This document shows, one piece after another, positions 18,771-30,761 of a stretch of DNA of 59,875 bases. A program made the translations under genes and the position numbers. This stretch comes from Actinomycetes bacterium (GTDB taxonomy: Bacteria; Actinomycetota; Acidimicrobiia; Acidimicrobiales; JAJYXR01). Location of the stretch: NCBI GenBank assembly GCA_021801525.1, contig JAJYXW010000159.1:1-59875 (forward strand). Direction: 5' to 3'. Under the pieces are notes generated by a model, which was not told where the DNA came from, ran no database searches, and worked only from the letters and a program-made list of their open reading frames with translations. Position 1 is the stretch's first letter. Each line of letters opens with the position of its first letter.

Positions 18771-18930
18771 TGTGCCGGTCGCTTCAGATGCCGGTCGCTT
18801 CAGATGCCGGTCGGTTCATGTGCCGGTCGGTTCAGATGCCGGTCGGTTCAGATGCCGGTCGCTTCAGATGCCGGTCGCTTCAGATGCCGGTCGCTTCAGA
18901 TGCCGGTCGGTTCAGATGCCGGTCGGTTCA
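18771..18930. repeat. 16-bp tandem repeat GATGCCGGTCG(C/G)TTCA, 10 copies
   Basis: Counted directly; no spacers; last unit contains the minus-strand TGA (18928-18930) of the USP gene. Confidence 0.95.
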
Positions 18931-19893
18931 GATGGCAGTGAGCCGCCGCCCGGTGAACTCGGGGTTGGCGATGAGCACCCAGTTTGACCGCTCGCCCGGA
19001 GCCCATGGATCGAGCGGCAGCGCGCGTACGTGCTCGGAGAGAGCGTCTGTCGCATCGGTTATGTCCCTTCCGATTCCGCGCACCTCTACGCTCCATCCCG
19101 TGCCCGAGGACTCGTCGACTTCCTCCGCCTCGAACGCGACGTGGCCGAGGTCCGCCCAGTGGAGCTTGGTCCCCTGAGCGGTACGAAACGCGACGGTCCT
19201 GCCGTCGAGAACGTAGTTCACGGGGAAGATCTCCGGGTGGCCTTCGTTCACGACCGCGATCCTGCCGTAGTCCTTGCCAAGCAGTAGCGCCACGCACTCG
19301 TCCTCGGGGATCTCGTCGAGGCGCCTTGGCGCCGTGCCCGGCGTTTCCACATGGCCGCTCGGGCGGGAGGTCCCGGCATGCTCGCCGGCGGGACTCGCGC
19401 CTGGCGCTTCGACGGGGTCACTGTCCAGGCGGTCCCACGAGTGCACAACCAAGACCGGGCACGGAGCACGCCCGGAGAGGTAGTGGCTCACCGATCCCAA
19501 CAGCATCCCCGCAACCCGCCCGTGGCCCCGGGTGCCGACGACGAGGATGTCGGCGCCGGTACATCTCACGCGCAGCACGGTTGCGGGCGCGCCAGGCAAG
19601 ACCTCGCGCTCGATGGTCACACCTGGATCTCCGTCGTCGAGCACCGTCGAGAGCGCCTGCTCTGACGCCTCGCGGGCGTCTTGCTCGGGGTCGTCCTCGT
19701 CGGCCAGCACCGGGGCCATACCGGCGGACGCCGCGAAGTGCGGGTGCCAGACCGTCACGACTCGGAGTGTCGCGTGCCGACGGCGGGCCTCCGCGAGCGC
19801 GAAACGTAGCGCGTGGATGGAGCTGCCGGATCCGTCCACCCCGACTACAACCACTGGGTTGCGATACTCCACGGGCGCACCTGTCGTTCTCAT
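18928..19893 (-). CDS. Universal stress protein fused to a pyridoxamine 5'-phosphate oxidase-like domain
   Basis: VVVGVDGSGSS...VVGTRGHG...LLGSVS...APCPVLVV, followed by ECVALL...PEIFPVNY...FRTAQGTK...GWSVEVRG. Confidence 0.88.
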   Translation of the reverse strand: MRTTGAPVEYRNPVVVVGVDGSGSSIHALRFALAEARRRHATLRVVTVWHPHFAASAGMAPVLADEDDPEQDAREASEQALSTVLDDGDPGVTIEREVLPGAPATVLRVRCTGADILVVGTRGHGRVAGMLLGSVSHYLSGRAPCPVLVVHSWDRLDSDPVEAPGASPAGEHAGTSRPSGHVETPGTAPRRLDEIPEDECVALLLGKDYGRIAVVNEGHPEIFPVNYVLDGRTVAFRTAQGTKLHWADLGHVAFEAEEVDESSGTGWSVEVRGIGRDITDATDALSEHVRALPLDPWAPGERSNWVLIANPEFTGRRLTAI

Positions 19894-19997
19894 CGAGCAT
19901 CGTCGGCTTGCTCATGCCGCTCGCATCTCGCGCCGCTCGCATCTCGCGCCGCTCGATGTGTCTTATCTCACGCTACAAGGAAGGCACAGCGGCGGGT

Positions 19998-20031
19998 AGG
20001 GTCCAACGTCCCTTGTATGACCTTGTGCCCT
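19998..20031. promoter_or_regulatory. DosR/DevR-like boxes between divergent genes
   Basis: AGGGTCCAACGTCCCT (19998-20013) and the weaker ATGACCTTGTGCCCT (20017-20031). Confidence 0.55.
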
Positions 20032-20066
20032 GGCAATCCGGCCAGCCGGCGGATCAGAATGGGCGT

Positions 20067-20495
20067 ATGTGGATCGACGAGCACGGGTCGGAGATCCTCG
20101 GAGCTCCCGAGTGCCGCCGGCTGCTGGCGCTCGGGGCCAAACAGGGGCTCCATGGCCACCTGGGCACCCCCGGTGCGGGCGCGCCGGTGGTGTTGCCCGT
20201 TGACTACGCCGTCCATGGCTCGGATGTGGTGCTGCGCGTAGGGGAGGTGCTGTTCCACCAGGCGACCGGCAAGCTGGTTGCCTTCGAGGTCGACGGGCTC
20301 GACGGCGAGTGGCGCTGGAGCGTGCTCGTGCGTGGTCTCGCTCTTGCAGGTGACGGGCTGGCCGTCGGCACCGACACGCCCAAGCCGCATGTACCAGAGC
20401 CGGGAAGGCGGCTCCTCGTGATCCGGGTCGATCTCATCACCGGCCGGCGCATAGGGCCGAGCCTGGCGTCTCGAGCCGAGCCGGGCCGCCTGTGA
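20067..20495 (+). CDS. Pyridoxamine 5'-phosphate oxidase-like (split-barrel flavin-binding) protein
   Basis: [28 protein letters not shown] and ITGRR motifs. Confidence 0.8.
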   Translation: MWIDEHGSEILGAPECRRLLALGAKQGLHGHLGTPGAGAPVVLPVDYAVHGSDVVLRVGEVLFHQATGKLVAFEVDGLDGEWRWSVLVRGLALAGDGLAVGTDTPKPHVPEPGRRLLVIRVDLITGRRIGPSLASRAEPGRL

Positions 20496-22873
20496 TGATC
20501 GCGCAACGAAGGGCTACGGAGCCGCTCGACCCGAACGAGCTGGCCCGGCTCGATCTGTGGTGGCGGGCAGCCAACTACTTGTCGGTGGGGCAGATATACC
20601 TGATGGACAACGCTCTTCTCAGGGAGAAGCTGCGTCCTGAGCACGTCAAGCCCCGTTTGCTCGGCCACTGGGGGACGACCCCGGGGCTGAACCTCGTCTG
20701 CACGCATCTGAACCGGCTGATTCGCGAGCGGGACACGGATGTTGTCTTCGTCTGCGGTCCGGGCCATGGAGGTCCCGCCGTCGTCGCCCAGAGTTGGCTC
20801 GAGGGCAGCTATACCGAAGTCTGGAGCGAGGTGACCCGTGACGGCGCCGGGATGGCCCGCCTGTTCCGCCAGTTCTCCTTCCCGGGCGGGATCCCGTCGC
20901 ATGCGTCGCCGGAAACGCCGGGCTCGATCAACGAGGGCGGCGAGCTGGGCTACTCGCTGTTGCACGCCACGGGCGCTGCTTTCGACAACCCGGACTTGGT
21001 GGTGGCCTGCGTCGTCGGCGACGGCGAGGCCGAGACCGGGGCGCTCGCGACCAGCTGGCACGCCAACAAGTTCCTGAACCCGGCCACCGACGGGGCCGTG
21101 CTGCCAATCTTGCACCTGAACGGCTACAAGATTGCCAACCCGACGATCCTGGCCCGCATTCCCGAGACCGAGCTGCTCCGCCTCTTCGAAGGCTACGGCT
21201 GGGCGCCGACCGTCGTCGAAGCCGACGATCCGTCCCGGATCCACCAGCCGCTGGCCAGCGCTCTCGACGCAGCCTTCGACTCCATCGCGGAGATCCAGGC
21301 TGCGGCCCGGCGACCCGGTGCGGACGGCGGGCAACGTCCGTGCTGGCCGATGCTGGTGCTGCGCACTCCGAAGGGCTGGACGGGTCCGAAGACGGTCGAC
21401 GGTGTGGCCGTCGAGGGTACGTGGAGGGCCCATCAGGTGCCCCTCTCCGAGGTGCGGACCAACCCGGAGCACTTGGCCCAGCTCGAGTCGTGGATGCTCT
21501 CCTACCGGCCTGAGGAGCTCTTCGACGAAGAGGGACGTCCTCGCCCCGAGGTCGCGGCAGCGAGCCCGGTGGGAGCCCGTCGCATGGGGGCCAACCCGCA
21601 CGCCAACGGTGGGCTGCTCACCCGCGGCCTCGATCTGCCCGACTTTCGCGGCTACGGGGTGACGCTCGATCGTCCGGGCGCCATCCGTGCCGGAGCCACC
21701 GGGGTGCTCGGCGGGTGGCTACGTGACGTGGTGGCTTCCAACCGCGGGCGTTTCAGGGTGTTCGGTCCCGACGAGACGGCATCCAACCGGCTGTCGGCAA
21801 TATTCGACGTGACTAACCGGGCCTGGCAAGCCGAGCGCCTCGCGACCGACGATCATCTGGCTCCGAGCGGCCAGGTGATCGAGGTGCTCTCCGAGCACTG
21901 CTGCCAGGGCTGGCTCGAGGGTTATCTGCTGACCGGCCGTCACGGCTTGTTCAACTGCTACGAAGCGTTCATCCACATCGTTGACTCGATGTTCAACCAG
22001 CATGCCAAGTGGCTGAAGGTCACCCGGGCCATTCCCTGGCGCGCTCCGCTGCCGAGCCTCAACTACCTGCTCTCTTCCCACGTGTGGCGCCAGGACCACA
22101 ACGGCTTCTCTCACCAGGACCCAGGCTTCATCGACCATGTCGTCAACAAGAAGGCGGAGGTAGTACGCGTCTACCTGCCGCCCGACGCCAACTGCCTGCT
22201 GTCCGTGATGGATCACTGCTTGCGAAGCCGCGACTACGTGAACGTAGTGGTGGCGGGCAAGAACGACGAGGCGGTGTGGTTGACGATGGACGAAGCGGTC
22301 GCCCACTGTGCGCGGGGGATTGGCACCTTCGGCTTCGCCTGCTCGGATGGCGACGAGATGCCCGATGTCGTGCTCGCCTGTGCCGGGGACGTGCCGACCC
22401 TGGAGGTCCTAGCAGCGACGGACTTGTTGCGCCGGCACCTCCCTGGGCTTCGGGTCCGCGTGGTGAACGTGGTCGACCTGATGCGGCTCCAGCCCCCGAG
22501 CGAGCACCCCCATGGCTTGCCCGACGCCGAGTACGACGTCCTCTTCCCGCCAGGCGTGCCGACCGTTTTCGTCTACCACGGCTATCCCTGGCTCATCCAT
22601 CGCCTCACCTACCGCCGTGCCCATCACGATTGGCTGCACGTGCGCGGCTACAAGGAGGAGGGCACCACCACCACCCCCTTTGACATGGTCATGCTCAACG
22701 ACCTCGATCGCTTCCGGATCGTCATGGACGTGATCGACCGGGTGGAGAACTTGGGCGCCCGCGTTGCGCACCTGCGCCAGGCGATGACCGACCAACGCCT
22801 TGCGGCAAGGGCCTACACCAGAGCCCACGGCGAGGACGACCCCGCGATAGCGGCGTGGACATGGCCGACCTGA
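20495..22873 (+). CDS. xfp: Xylulose-5-phosphate/fructose-6-phosphate phosphoketolase
   Basis: [44 protein letters not shown] and [14 protein letters not shown] motifs. Confidence 0.97.
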   Translation: MIAQRRATEPLDPNELARLDLWWRAANYLSVGQIYLMDNALLREKLRPEHVKPRLLGHWGTTPGLNLVCTHLNRLIRERDTDVVFVCGPGHGGPAVVAQSWLEGSYTEVWSEVTRDGAGMARLFRQFSFPGGIPSHASPETPGSINEGGELGYSLLHATGAAFDNPDLVVACVVGDGEAETGALATSWHANKFLNPATDGAVLPILHLNGYKIANPTILARIPETELLRLFEGYGWAPTVVEADDPSRIHQPLASALDAAFDSIAEIQAAARRPGADGGQRPCWPMLVLRTPKGWTGPKTVDGVAVEGTWRAHQVPLSEVRTNPEHLAQLESWMLSYRPEELFDEEGRPRPEVAAASPVGARRMGANPHANGGLLTRGLDLPDFRGYGVTLDRPGAIRAGATGVLGGWLRDVVASNRGRFRVFGPDETASNRLSAIFDVTNRAWQAERLATDDHLAPSGQVIEVLSEHCCQGWLEGYLLTGRHGLFNCYEAFIHIVDSMFNQHAKWLKVTRAIPWRAPLPSLNYLLSSHVWRQDHNGFSHQDPGFIDHVVNKKAEVVRVYLPPDANCLLSVMDHCLRSRDYVNVVVAGKNDEAVWLTMDEAVAHCARGIGTFGFACSDGDEMPDVVLACAGDVPTLEVLAATDLLRRHLPGLRVRVVNVVDLMRLQPPSEHPHGLPDAEYDVLFPPGVPTVFVYHGYPWLIHRLTYRRAHHDWLHVRGYKEEGTTTTPFDMVMLNDLDRFRIVMDVIDRVENLGARVAHLRQAMTDQRLAARAYTRAHGEDDPAIAAWTWPT

Positions 22874-23958
22874 AGCGCCTGCTCGTTGTGAATGCGGGTT
22901 CGTCGTCGACGAAGTGCTCAGTGCTCGACGAGAACGATGTCCTCGTCGAGCACCTCGGCTTGCCCGCCCCGGGCGAACCCGCGGTGGCCCAGGGGATCGA
23001 GGTGCTGCTCGACCGGTTCGCACCGGCAGCGAGCGTGCACCGGGTCGTCCACGGTGGTCCGCGCTTCCACCAGGCTGTGCTCGTCGACGCGTCAGTCGAG
23101 GCCGACATCGCTGCCCTTGGTGATCTTGCCCCGCTCCACAACCCCCCGGGCCTGGCCCTCCTGGAGCGGGTGCGCAAGGTTGCCCCGGACCTGCCAGCGA
23201 TCGCCTGCTTCGACACCGCGTTCTTCGCCGGCCTTCCCGAGACGGCATCCACCTACGCCCTGCCCGCCGAGTGGCGGTCGCGCTTCGCCATCCGCCGCTA
23301 CGGCTTCCACGGCCTGTCGCACGCATGGGCCTCGCGGCGGGTCGCGGAGCTCGTCGTCAGGCGACCAGAGGAACTACGCGTGGTGAGCGCGCATCTCGGT
23401 GCTGGCGCTTCACTCGCCGCCATCGTGAACGGGCACCCGCTGGACACCACCATGGGCTTCACGCCGCTCGATGGTCTGGTAATGGCTACACGGCCTGGCT
23501 CAGTCGACCCTGGGGTGATAACCCTCGTCCTCCGCCACAGCCGCATGGATGTCGACCAGGTCGAAGATGCGCTCGAGCGCCGCTCGGGACTGGTCGCACT
23601 GGCCGGCACTCCTGACCTCGAGGAGGTGATCGAGAGGGTCGAGGGCGGCGACCATCGGGCCGAGCTCGCTTACGGCGTCTACCTGCACCGGCTGCGTGCC
23701 GGCATTGCCGCCATGGCCGCGGCCATGGGTGGCATTGACGCGCTTGTGTTCACTGGCGGCGCTGGCGAAGCGCCGGGGCCGATGCGTAGCGACACCTGCC
23801 GCGGGCTCGGGTTCCTCGGGCTTCATGCTGACGGCCGCACCGGCGAGGGGTCTGATGACCGGCTGCTCTCCGGCGACCGGTTCCCCGCTGTCGCGGTAGT
23901 CCACTCTCGGGAGGATCTCCAGATGGCGCACCAAGCCAGGGAAGTCCTTGGATGGTGA
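22861..23958 (+). CDS. ackA: Acetate/propionate kinase
   Basis: [39 protein letters not shown] and [11 protein letters not shown] motifs. Confidence 0.95.
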   Translation: MADLKRLLVVNAGSSSTKCSVLDENDVLVEHLGLPAPGEPAVAQGIEVLLDRFAPAASVHRVVHGGPRFHQAVLVDASVEADIAALGDLAPLHNPPGLALLERVRKVAPDLPAIACFDTAFFAGLPETASTYALPAEWRSRFAIRRYGFHGLSHAWASRRVAELVVRRPEELRVVSAHLGAGASLAAIVNGHPLDTTMGFTPLDGLVMATRPGSVDPGVITLVLRHSRMDVDQVEDALERRSGLVALAGTPDLEEVIERVEGGDHRAELAYGVYLHRLRAGIAAMAAAMGGIDALVFTGGAGEAPGPMRSDTCRGLGFLGLHADGRTGEGSDDRLLSGDRFPAVAVVHSREDLQMAHQAREVLGW

Positions 23959-24001
23959 GCGCAGTGGCTGTGGGCGGTGCGTAGAGCCGAGCCTCGAACG
24001 A

Positions 24002-24015
24002 GTGACTTTCGACCC
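24002..24015. promoter_or_regulatory. DosR/DevR-like box upstream of the radical SAM gene
   Basis: GTGACTTTCGACCC fits G(G/T)GACnnnnGnCCC. Confidence 0.45.
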
Positions 24016-24042
24016 TTCGATTCGGGATGCCGCTCCCGTAGC

Positions 24043-25248
24043 GTGGTGACAGTGGGTAGGAACGACCGGGCCGTGCCGTCGCCGCGTGCCATATCGGGAG
24101 CTCGGGCTTCCGGCGTTGCCGCACCTTCCGGCGTTGCCGCACCTTCCGGCGTTGCCGCACCTTCCGGCGTTGCCGCACCTTCCGGCGTTGCGCCGCTCGT
24201 CACGGTGGCATGGGAGATCACCCGCTCGTGTCCCCTCAGGTGCCTGCACTGCCGCGCGGACGCCCAGGTGCGTCGCGACCCCCGGGAGCTCACCCTCGCG
24301 GAGGGCCAGAAGCTGATCGGGGAGGCGGCGGCGGCCGGAGCGCGGGTGCTCGTCGTCACCGGAGGTGACCCGTTCGCGAGGGCGGATGTCTTCGACATCG
24401 TCCGCTCGGTTACCGAGCACGGCATGCACGCCGGTCTGTCTCCGAGCGCCACTCCGCGCCTCACGCCGGCTGCCCTCGATAGGGCGGCGAAGGCGGGTAC
24501 GGGCACCGTGCACCTGAGTCTGGACGGCGCGTCAGAGGCAACCCACGACTCGTTTCGGGGCGTCAGGGGATCCTTCCGGCGCACTCTGGCGGCGTTCGAG
24601 CTCGTTCGGGACCGCGGGATGAGGCTTCAGGTGGGCACCACCGTCTGCCGTCGCACCCTCCCCGAGCTGCAGGCCATCGCGGAGATGCTCGAAGGCAGGG
24701 TGGACGCGTGGACGCTGTTCTTCCTCGTCCCTACCGGAAGAGCCCCTGCCCTCGAAGCGCTGGGCGCGCCCGAGCAGAGCCGGGTGCTCCACTGGCTGGC
24801 GGGGCTGCGTGCCTCCTTTGCCGTGCGGAGCGTGGAGGCGCCAGAGCTGCGCCGTGTGCTGGCGGACGGCCGCGGTGCCGGGCATCCGCCAGGCGGTGCC
24901 GGGCCTCCGCCCAGCGGGGTCGGGGTCGGGGACGGGCGGGGGTTCTGCTTCGTGTCGCACGTCGGGGACGTCTGTCCGTCGGGTTTCCTCCAGGTTCCGG
25001 TCGGCAACGTCCGCGAGCGGTCCCTGGGGTACTGGTACGAAAGAGCGCCCCTGATGCGCGCCCTCAGGGAGCAGGCCCGTTACGGCGGGCGCTGTGGCAT
25101 CTGCGAGTGGTGGTCGCTCTGTGGCGGTAGCCGGGCACGCGCGTGGGCGGTGAGCGGCGACCCTCTGGCCGAGGACCCCGCGTGCGATTACTTCCCTGCG
25201 GCGAGCGCCCCCTCGGCGTCCCCTGAGGTTCCAGTACCTTCAGGGTGA
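24043..25248 (+). CDS. Radical SAM/SPASM protein, AhbD/NirJ-like (heme biosynthesis-related)
   Basis: WEITRSCPLRCLHCRA (CxxxCxxC); SPASM motifs VCPSGF and CGICEWWSLCGGSRARA...EDPAC; start codon uncertain. Confidence 0.85.
   Translation: MVTVGRNDRAVPSPRAISGARASGVAAPSGVAAPSGVAAPSGVAAPSGVAPLVTVAWEITRSCPLRCLHCRADAQVRRDPRELTLAEGQKLIGEAAAAGARVLVVTGGDPFARADVFDIVRSVTEHGMHAGLSPSATPRLTPAALDRAAKAGTGTVHLSLDGASEATHDSFRGVRGSFRRTLAAFELVRDRGMRLQVGTTVCRRTLPELQAIAEMLEGRVDAWTLFFLVPTGRAPALEALGAPEQSRVLHWLAGLRASFAVRSVEAPELRRVLADGRGAGHPPGGAGPPPSGVGVGDGRGFCFVSHVGDVCPSGFLQVPVGNVRERSLGYWYERAPLMRALREQARYGGRCGICEWWSLCGGSRARAWAVSGDPLAEDPACDYFPAASAPSASPEVPVPSG
24107..24191. repeat. 18-bp in-frame tandem repeat (SGVAAP), about 4.7 copies
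   Basis: CTTCCGGCGTTGCCGCAC units read directly. Confidence 0.9.
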
Positions 25249-26210
25249 TCTCCCGGCTCCTCCGCAGGGGTGATGGTATAGATGCCTGTGCGGCGGGTGA
25301 GTGTCGCCAGCACCACCACGGCGCACCAGATTGCCGCTCCGAGAGCGAGGTGAAGGTCTTCGAGGGCCTCCGGGGCGCGAAGCACTGCCACTAGGGCACC
25401 GGCAGCGACCTGCGCCGCGAACAGTGCGGCGAGCAACCACGCGACGACCCGGGCGCCTGGAGCGCACGGCCGTGAGCGAAGCGCCTGCAGCACCAGGGCA
25501 GCGACGGCGATCCCCGCCACGAGAGCCATCGAGCGATGGGCCATCTGCAGGGCGACGAGCCCGAGCGGGGCGTGGCCGAAGCTGCCGAAGGGCCATACGG
25601 GCCAGGCTTTCGCGGCCCCGCCGTTCACCACGAGCGATCCCGACACGAAGACAAGGAACACCGCGGCGGCAGCACTCCATCCGAGCCACTCCCCGCTCCG
25701 ACGGGCAGGTCCAGGGGAAGCCGCGAGGGGCGGCCTGGCGGCAGCCACTGCTGCGGCGCTCGTGACGAGGCCGAGGAGCGCTATCGCCATGAGCAGGTGG
25801 AGCGCGACGGTGACCGGTGCGTTGTGCGTCCAGACCGTGATCGCCCCGAGCACGATCTGCACCGGGATCAGCGCGGCCGCCGCCAGCGCCGGCACAGCGA
25901 GCGCCCGTGACGCCCTGTACCGCCTGGCTGCGATAGCCGTTGCTACCACCAGGATCGTGACCACCACAACCAGGTAGCGGTGGCTCTGCTCCATGAGCGC
26001 GTGGAAGTGGTCGATCGGGCCGATCTGCCCGTGGCAGAGAGGCCAGCCGGGGCAGCCCATCCCCGAGTGCGTGACCCGTACGGTGCTGCCTAGTACCACC
26101 AGGCAGTAAGTCGCGATCGCCGTGGAGAGCGCGAGCGTCGCCAGCCGGCGCCGTGCGCGCTTGTCCGGGGCGTATCCGGTCGGATCCGGTCTGTCGCTGC
26201 TCCTGTTCAC
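25188..26210 (-). CDS. ctaA: Heme A synthase (COX15/CtaA)
   Basis: SGMGCPGWPLCHG, EQSHR, ALHLLMA, QMAHR and DLHLALG motifs. Confidence 0.9.
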   Translation of the reverse strand: MNRSSDRPDPTGYAPDKRARRRLATLALSTAIATYCLVVLGSTVRVTHSGMGCPGWPLCHGQIGPIDHFHALMEQSHRYLVVVVTILVVATAIAARRYRASRALAVPALAAAALIPVQIVLGAITVWTHNAPVTVALHLLMAIALLGLVTSAAAVAAARPPLAASPGPARRSGEWLGWSAAAAVFLVFVSGSLVVNGGAAKAWPVWPFGSFGHAPLGLVALQMAHRSMALVAGIAVAALVLQALRSRPCAPGARVVAWLLAALFAAQVAAGALVAVLRAPEALEDLHLALGAAIWCAVVVLATLTRRTGIYTITPAEEPGDHPEGTGTSGDAEGALAAGK

Positions 26211-26215
26211 CTTGC

Positions 26216-26296
26216 CGCGCTCGAACTCGCGCTCGAACTCGCGCTCGGGCTCGCGCTCGGGCTCGGGCTCGGGCTCGGGCTCGCGCTCGCGCTCGG
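26216..26296. repeat. 6/12-bp low-complexity tandem repeat (CTCGCG/CTCGGG/CTCGAA)
   Basis: Read directly between ctaD and ctaA. Confidence 0.8.
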
Positions 26297-26310
26297 GGCA
26301 GCGCTCTGGG

Positions 26311-28161
<1,851 letters not shown>

Positions 28162-28281
28162 AGGTGGTCGTCGTCTCCTATGGGCTCTCGCGTCAGTGCA
28201 AACTTCCGGGCGCCGGGTCGCGGCGCGTCACGCGGAGGTCGGTACGTCCCCCGGAGGAATTGAAGCGGGACGAGATCGATC

Positions 28282-28307
28282 GCAATAGGGCCGAAAGTCC
28301 CTATTGC
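28282..28307. promoter_or_regulatory. Palindromic DosR/DevR-like box upstream of ctaD (could alternatively act as a terminator hairpin)
   Basis: GCAATAGGG-CCGAAAGT-CCCTATTGC; reverse-complement core GGGACTTTCGGCCC. Confidence 0.6.
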
Positions 28308-28373
28308 AGCGGGGCTGCCCGGATTGGCAGGCGGCTGGCGGGCATGCCCGCGGTTGCCGCCGCTCTCAGCTTG

Positions 28374-30761
28374 CTAGGAGGCTGCCACGAAGTAGCCGGC
28401 TACGTCGACCAGGACGTTCACAGTGCTCCGAGAGCCGTTGTAGATCTCGATCGAGCTGTTGGTGCCGAACGCTGCCACCGCCATGTTCGCCACGGCAGGT
28501 TCGCCTGCGGCGAAGTTGACGTCGGAGATGACCGGCCGGGTCGATCCGGCCGGGAACACCGTGAGGTATCCCGGGCCCTGAGGCCCGACGGCTGTCAGGT
28601 TGGCTACGAGAGCGCTTGCTCCGGCAGGGAACCCGGGAGCCCCGCTCACTTGGACCGTGATGGTGGCGCCAGGTCCGAGCGTGCCGAGCGATGCGTTGGC
28701 TGCGGGTAGGTTCTCGCCTGCGCAGAACGAAGGCGGTGGCGAGGCTGCGCAGCGCGTGTCGACGATGCGCGCCGGAGCGATGCCTTCGAAGAGGGCTCCG
28801 CTGCCAGTCGTGTAGGAGCCGTTCAGGTCGACCACTACGTCGACGGGAGCGGAGGATCCGTTGTATATGGAGAACGCCCCCGAGGCGAGGGGCACCTCGA
28901 TGCGGTTGGCCACGCTCTCCTCGGCGGTGAAGTTCAGGTTCGAGGCAGGGGGAACGCTCGTCCCGGCGGGGTAGGCGGTCAGGTACCCGGGTGCAGTCGT
29001 GTCCGTCACGGTCAGGTTCGCGACCACCGCCGAGGCGCCTGCGAAGCTGTTCGGCACGTCTATGGTCACCGACCCCCCCGGCGGCACTTGGCCGGCAGGA
29101 GACACCTGGTCGGGGATCCCTTTGCAGTAAGCGGTATTGGCTCCGGAATAGGAGGGGTCGAAGCAGCGGGTGTCGGCGATCCGCACGGGCGCGATCGGAA
29201 CGAACGAGTCTCCGGACGAGGTGCTGCCGGCCGACGCAACGTACCCTTCGACGTCGAGGATCACGTCAGCCGCACCGGTCGATCCACCGAGCGTTACCGA
29301 CACCTGGCCAGACGAGGAGAGTGCCACTTCCACCAGGTTCGCGACGCTGTGCCCGGCCTGGAAGTTGAGTGAGGATGCAGCCGGCGGGCTCCCCCCGGCC
29401 GGGTAGATCGCGAGGTAGCCGCCGGAAGTGGTGCCGGTAGCGGTCACGTTCAGAACCGCGTCGAGGGCTCCAGAGGGAATCCCGTCGACGCCGGCCACCT
29501 GCGCGTCGAGGGTCGGATGGCCGGCTGAGGCGTGGAGCACGAGGACGTTACCGCTGAAGTCCCCCGCAGCGCAGAAGCTCGTGGATGGGCACGAGACGGA
29601 GTCGATGCCGCCAGCGTTCGGGTCGATTGCCTGGGGGGCCGACCACCCAGACCCGTTCCACGTGAGGACATCGCTCAGGCCGTCGCCGGCCACGCAGGAC
29701 GATGCCGAGGGGCAGGACACGGAGTCGAACCCGGTCGACGGGTCGATGGACACAGGGGCAGACCACGCCGAGCCGTCGTAAGTGAGCGCTCGCCCGTAGT
29801 CGTCGACCGCTGCACAGAAGCTCGGCGAGGAGCACGACACGTACAGCGTCCCCGCTTTGGAGTCGACGAGCGCGGGAGCAGACCACGAGCCGGCGTTGTA
29901 GGCGGCAGCGTACCCGCCGGCATCGCTCAGCATGCAGAAGCTCGTGGATGGGCACGAGACCGAGTCGACGAAGCCGTTGGGGTCCACCAGGACTGGCGCC
30001 GACCACGCCGAGCCGTTCCACGTGAGCACGTTCCCGCTCACGTCGGCTGCCAGGCAGAAGGTGGTGCTCGGGCACGACACGGAGGTGAAACCGTCGCCCC
30101 CCGGGTCGATCGAGCGGGGTGCCGACCACGCCGAGCCGTTCCACGTGAGCACGTTCCCGTTGTTGTCGAGCGTCACGCAGGAGCTCGCAGACGCGCACGA
30201 CAGCGCTGCGAGGCCCGTGCCGTTCGGGTCGTTCACCGTGATCGGGGCTGACCACGTCGAGCCGTTCCAGGTGAAGACCGTGTTGTTGAAGTTCATGGCC
30301 ATGCAGAACATCGCTGACGGGCAGGAGAGGGAGTTGATCTCTGTATCCGGGTCTATTGGCTGGGGAGAGGACCAGCCCGTGGCCCCCGGGGCGGACAAGG
30401 TGGTGAGCCCGGAGTTTTGTGACGGCAGGTGCTCACCCGCGCAGAACGACGGTTGGGGCGACGCGGCGCAACGGGTGTCGACCAGGCGCTGCGGAGGGAC
30501 GGGGAAGTAAGGGCTGGCGCTCGACGATGCCCGCGACACGCTCCGCGAAGTGCTTGCCATCACGCCCCTGGTGCTGCTCGAAGCGGCGCTGGCAGTGCTG
30601 GTGGCGAGTCCCGTGCTCAGCATCGCCATCCCCAGCAACGCCGTGCTCAGTCCCGCGCCCAGCAACGCGGCCAGGACGTTCTTTGGTGCCCACCGGGGCA
30701 TGGCCATCCGCGACGACTCCTGACGCCCCGTGCTGCGCCCTATTGAGTCGGGTAGTGCCAC
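28374..30761 (-). CDS. Secreted/surface protein with three 'RIxDTR...SNLNF' domains and a Cys-containing beta-propeller-like repeat region
   Basis: Signal peptide; six SVSCPSTSFC...VLTWNGSAWS-type repeats; repeated AVVANLTVT/GYLTAYPAG/SNLNF domains. Confidence 0.8.
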   Translation of the reverse strand: MALPDSIGRSTGRQESSRMAMPRWAPKNVLAALLGAGLSTALLGMAMLSTGLATSTASAASSSTRGVMASTSRSVSRASSSASPYFPVPPQRLVDTRCAASPQPSFCAGEHLPSQNSGLTTLSAPGATGWSSPQPIDPDTEINSLSCPSAMFCMAMNFNNTVFTWNGSTWSAPITVNDPNGTGLAALSCASASSCVTLDNNGNVLTWNGSAWSAPRSIDPGGDGFTSVSCPSTTFCLAADVSGNVLTWNGSAWSAPVLVDPNGFVDSVSCPSTSFCMLSDAGGYAAAYNAGSWSAPALVDSKAGTLYVSCSSPSFCAAVDDYGRALTYDGSAWSAPVSIDPSTGFDSVSCPSASSCVAGDGLSDVLTWNGSGWSAPQAIDPNAGGIDSVSCPSTSFCAAGDFSGNVLVLHASAGHPTLDAQVAGVDGIPSGALDAVLNVTATGTTSGGYLAIYPAGGSPPAASSLNFQAGHSVANLVEVALSSSGQVSVTLGGSTGAADVILDVEGYVASAGSTSSGDSFVPIAPVRIADTRCFDPSYSGANTAYCKGIPDQVSPAGQVPPGGSVTIDVPNSFAGASAVVANLTVTDTTAPGYLTAYPAGTSVPPASNLNFTAEESVANRIEVPLASGAFSIYNGSSAPVDVVVDLNGSYTTGSGALFEGIAPARIVDTRCAASPPPSFCAGENLPAANASLGTLGPGATITVQVSGAPGFPAGASALVANLTAVGPQGPGYLTVFPAGSTRPVISDVNFAAGEPAVANMAVAAFGTNSSIEIYNGSRSTVNVLVDVAGYFVAAS

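Noticed and set aside
18771-18930. CRISPR array (also considered for 42822-42916 and 54763-54866)
   Set aside because: Units abut with no unique spacers, are only 13-16 bp, and no cas genes are present
23977-25248. RiPP maturase (PqqE/MftC type) with a precursor peptide
   Set aside because: No precursor or RRE gene nearby; motifs and the heme A synthase/oxidase context favour AhbD/NirJ-like
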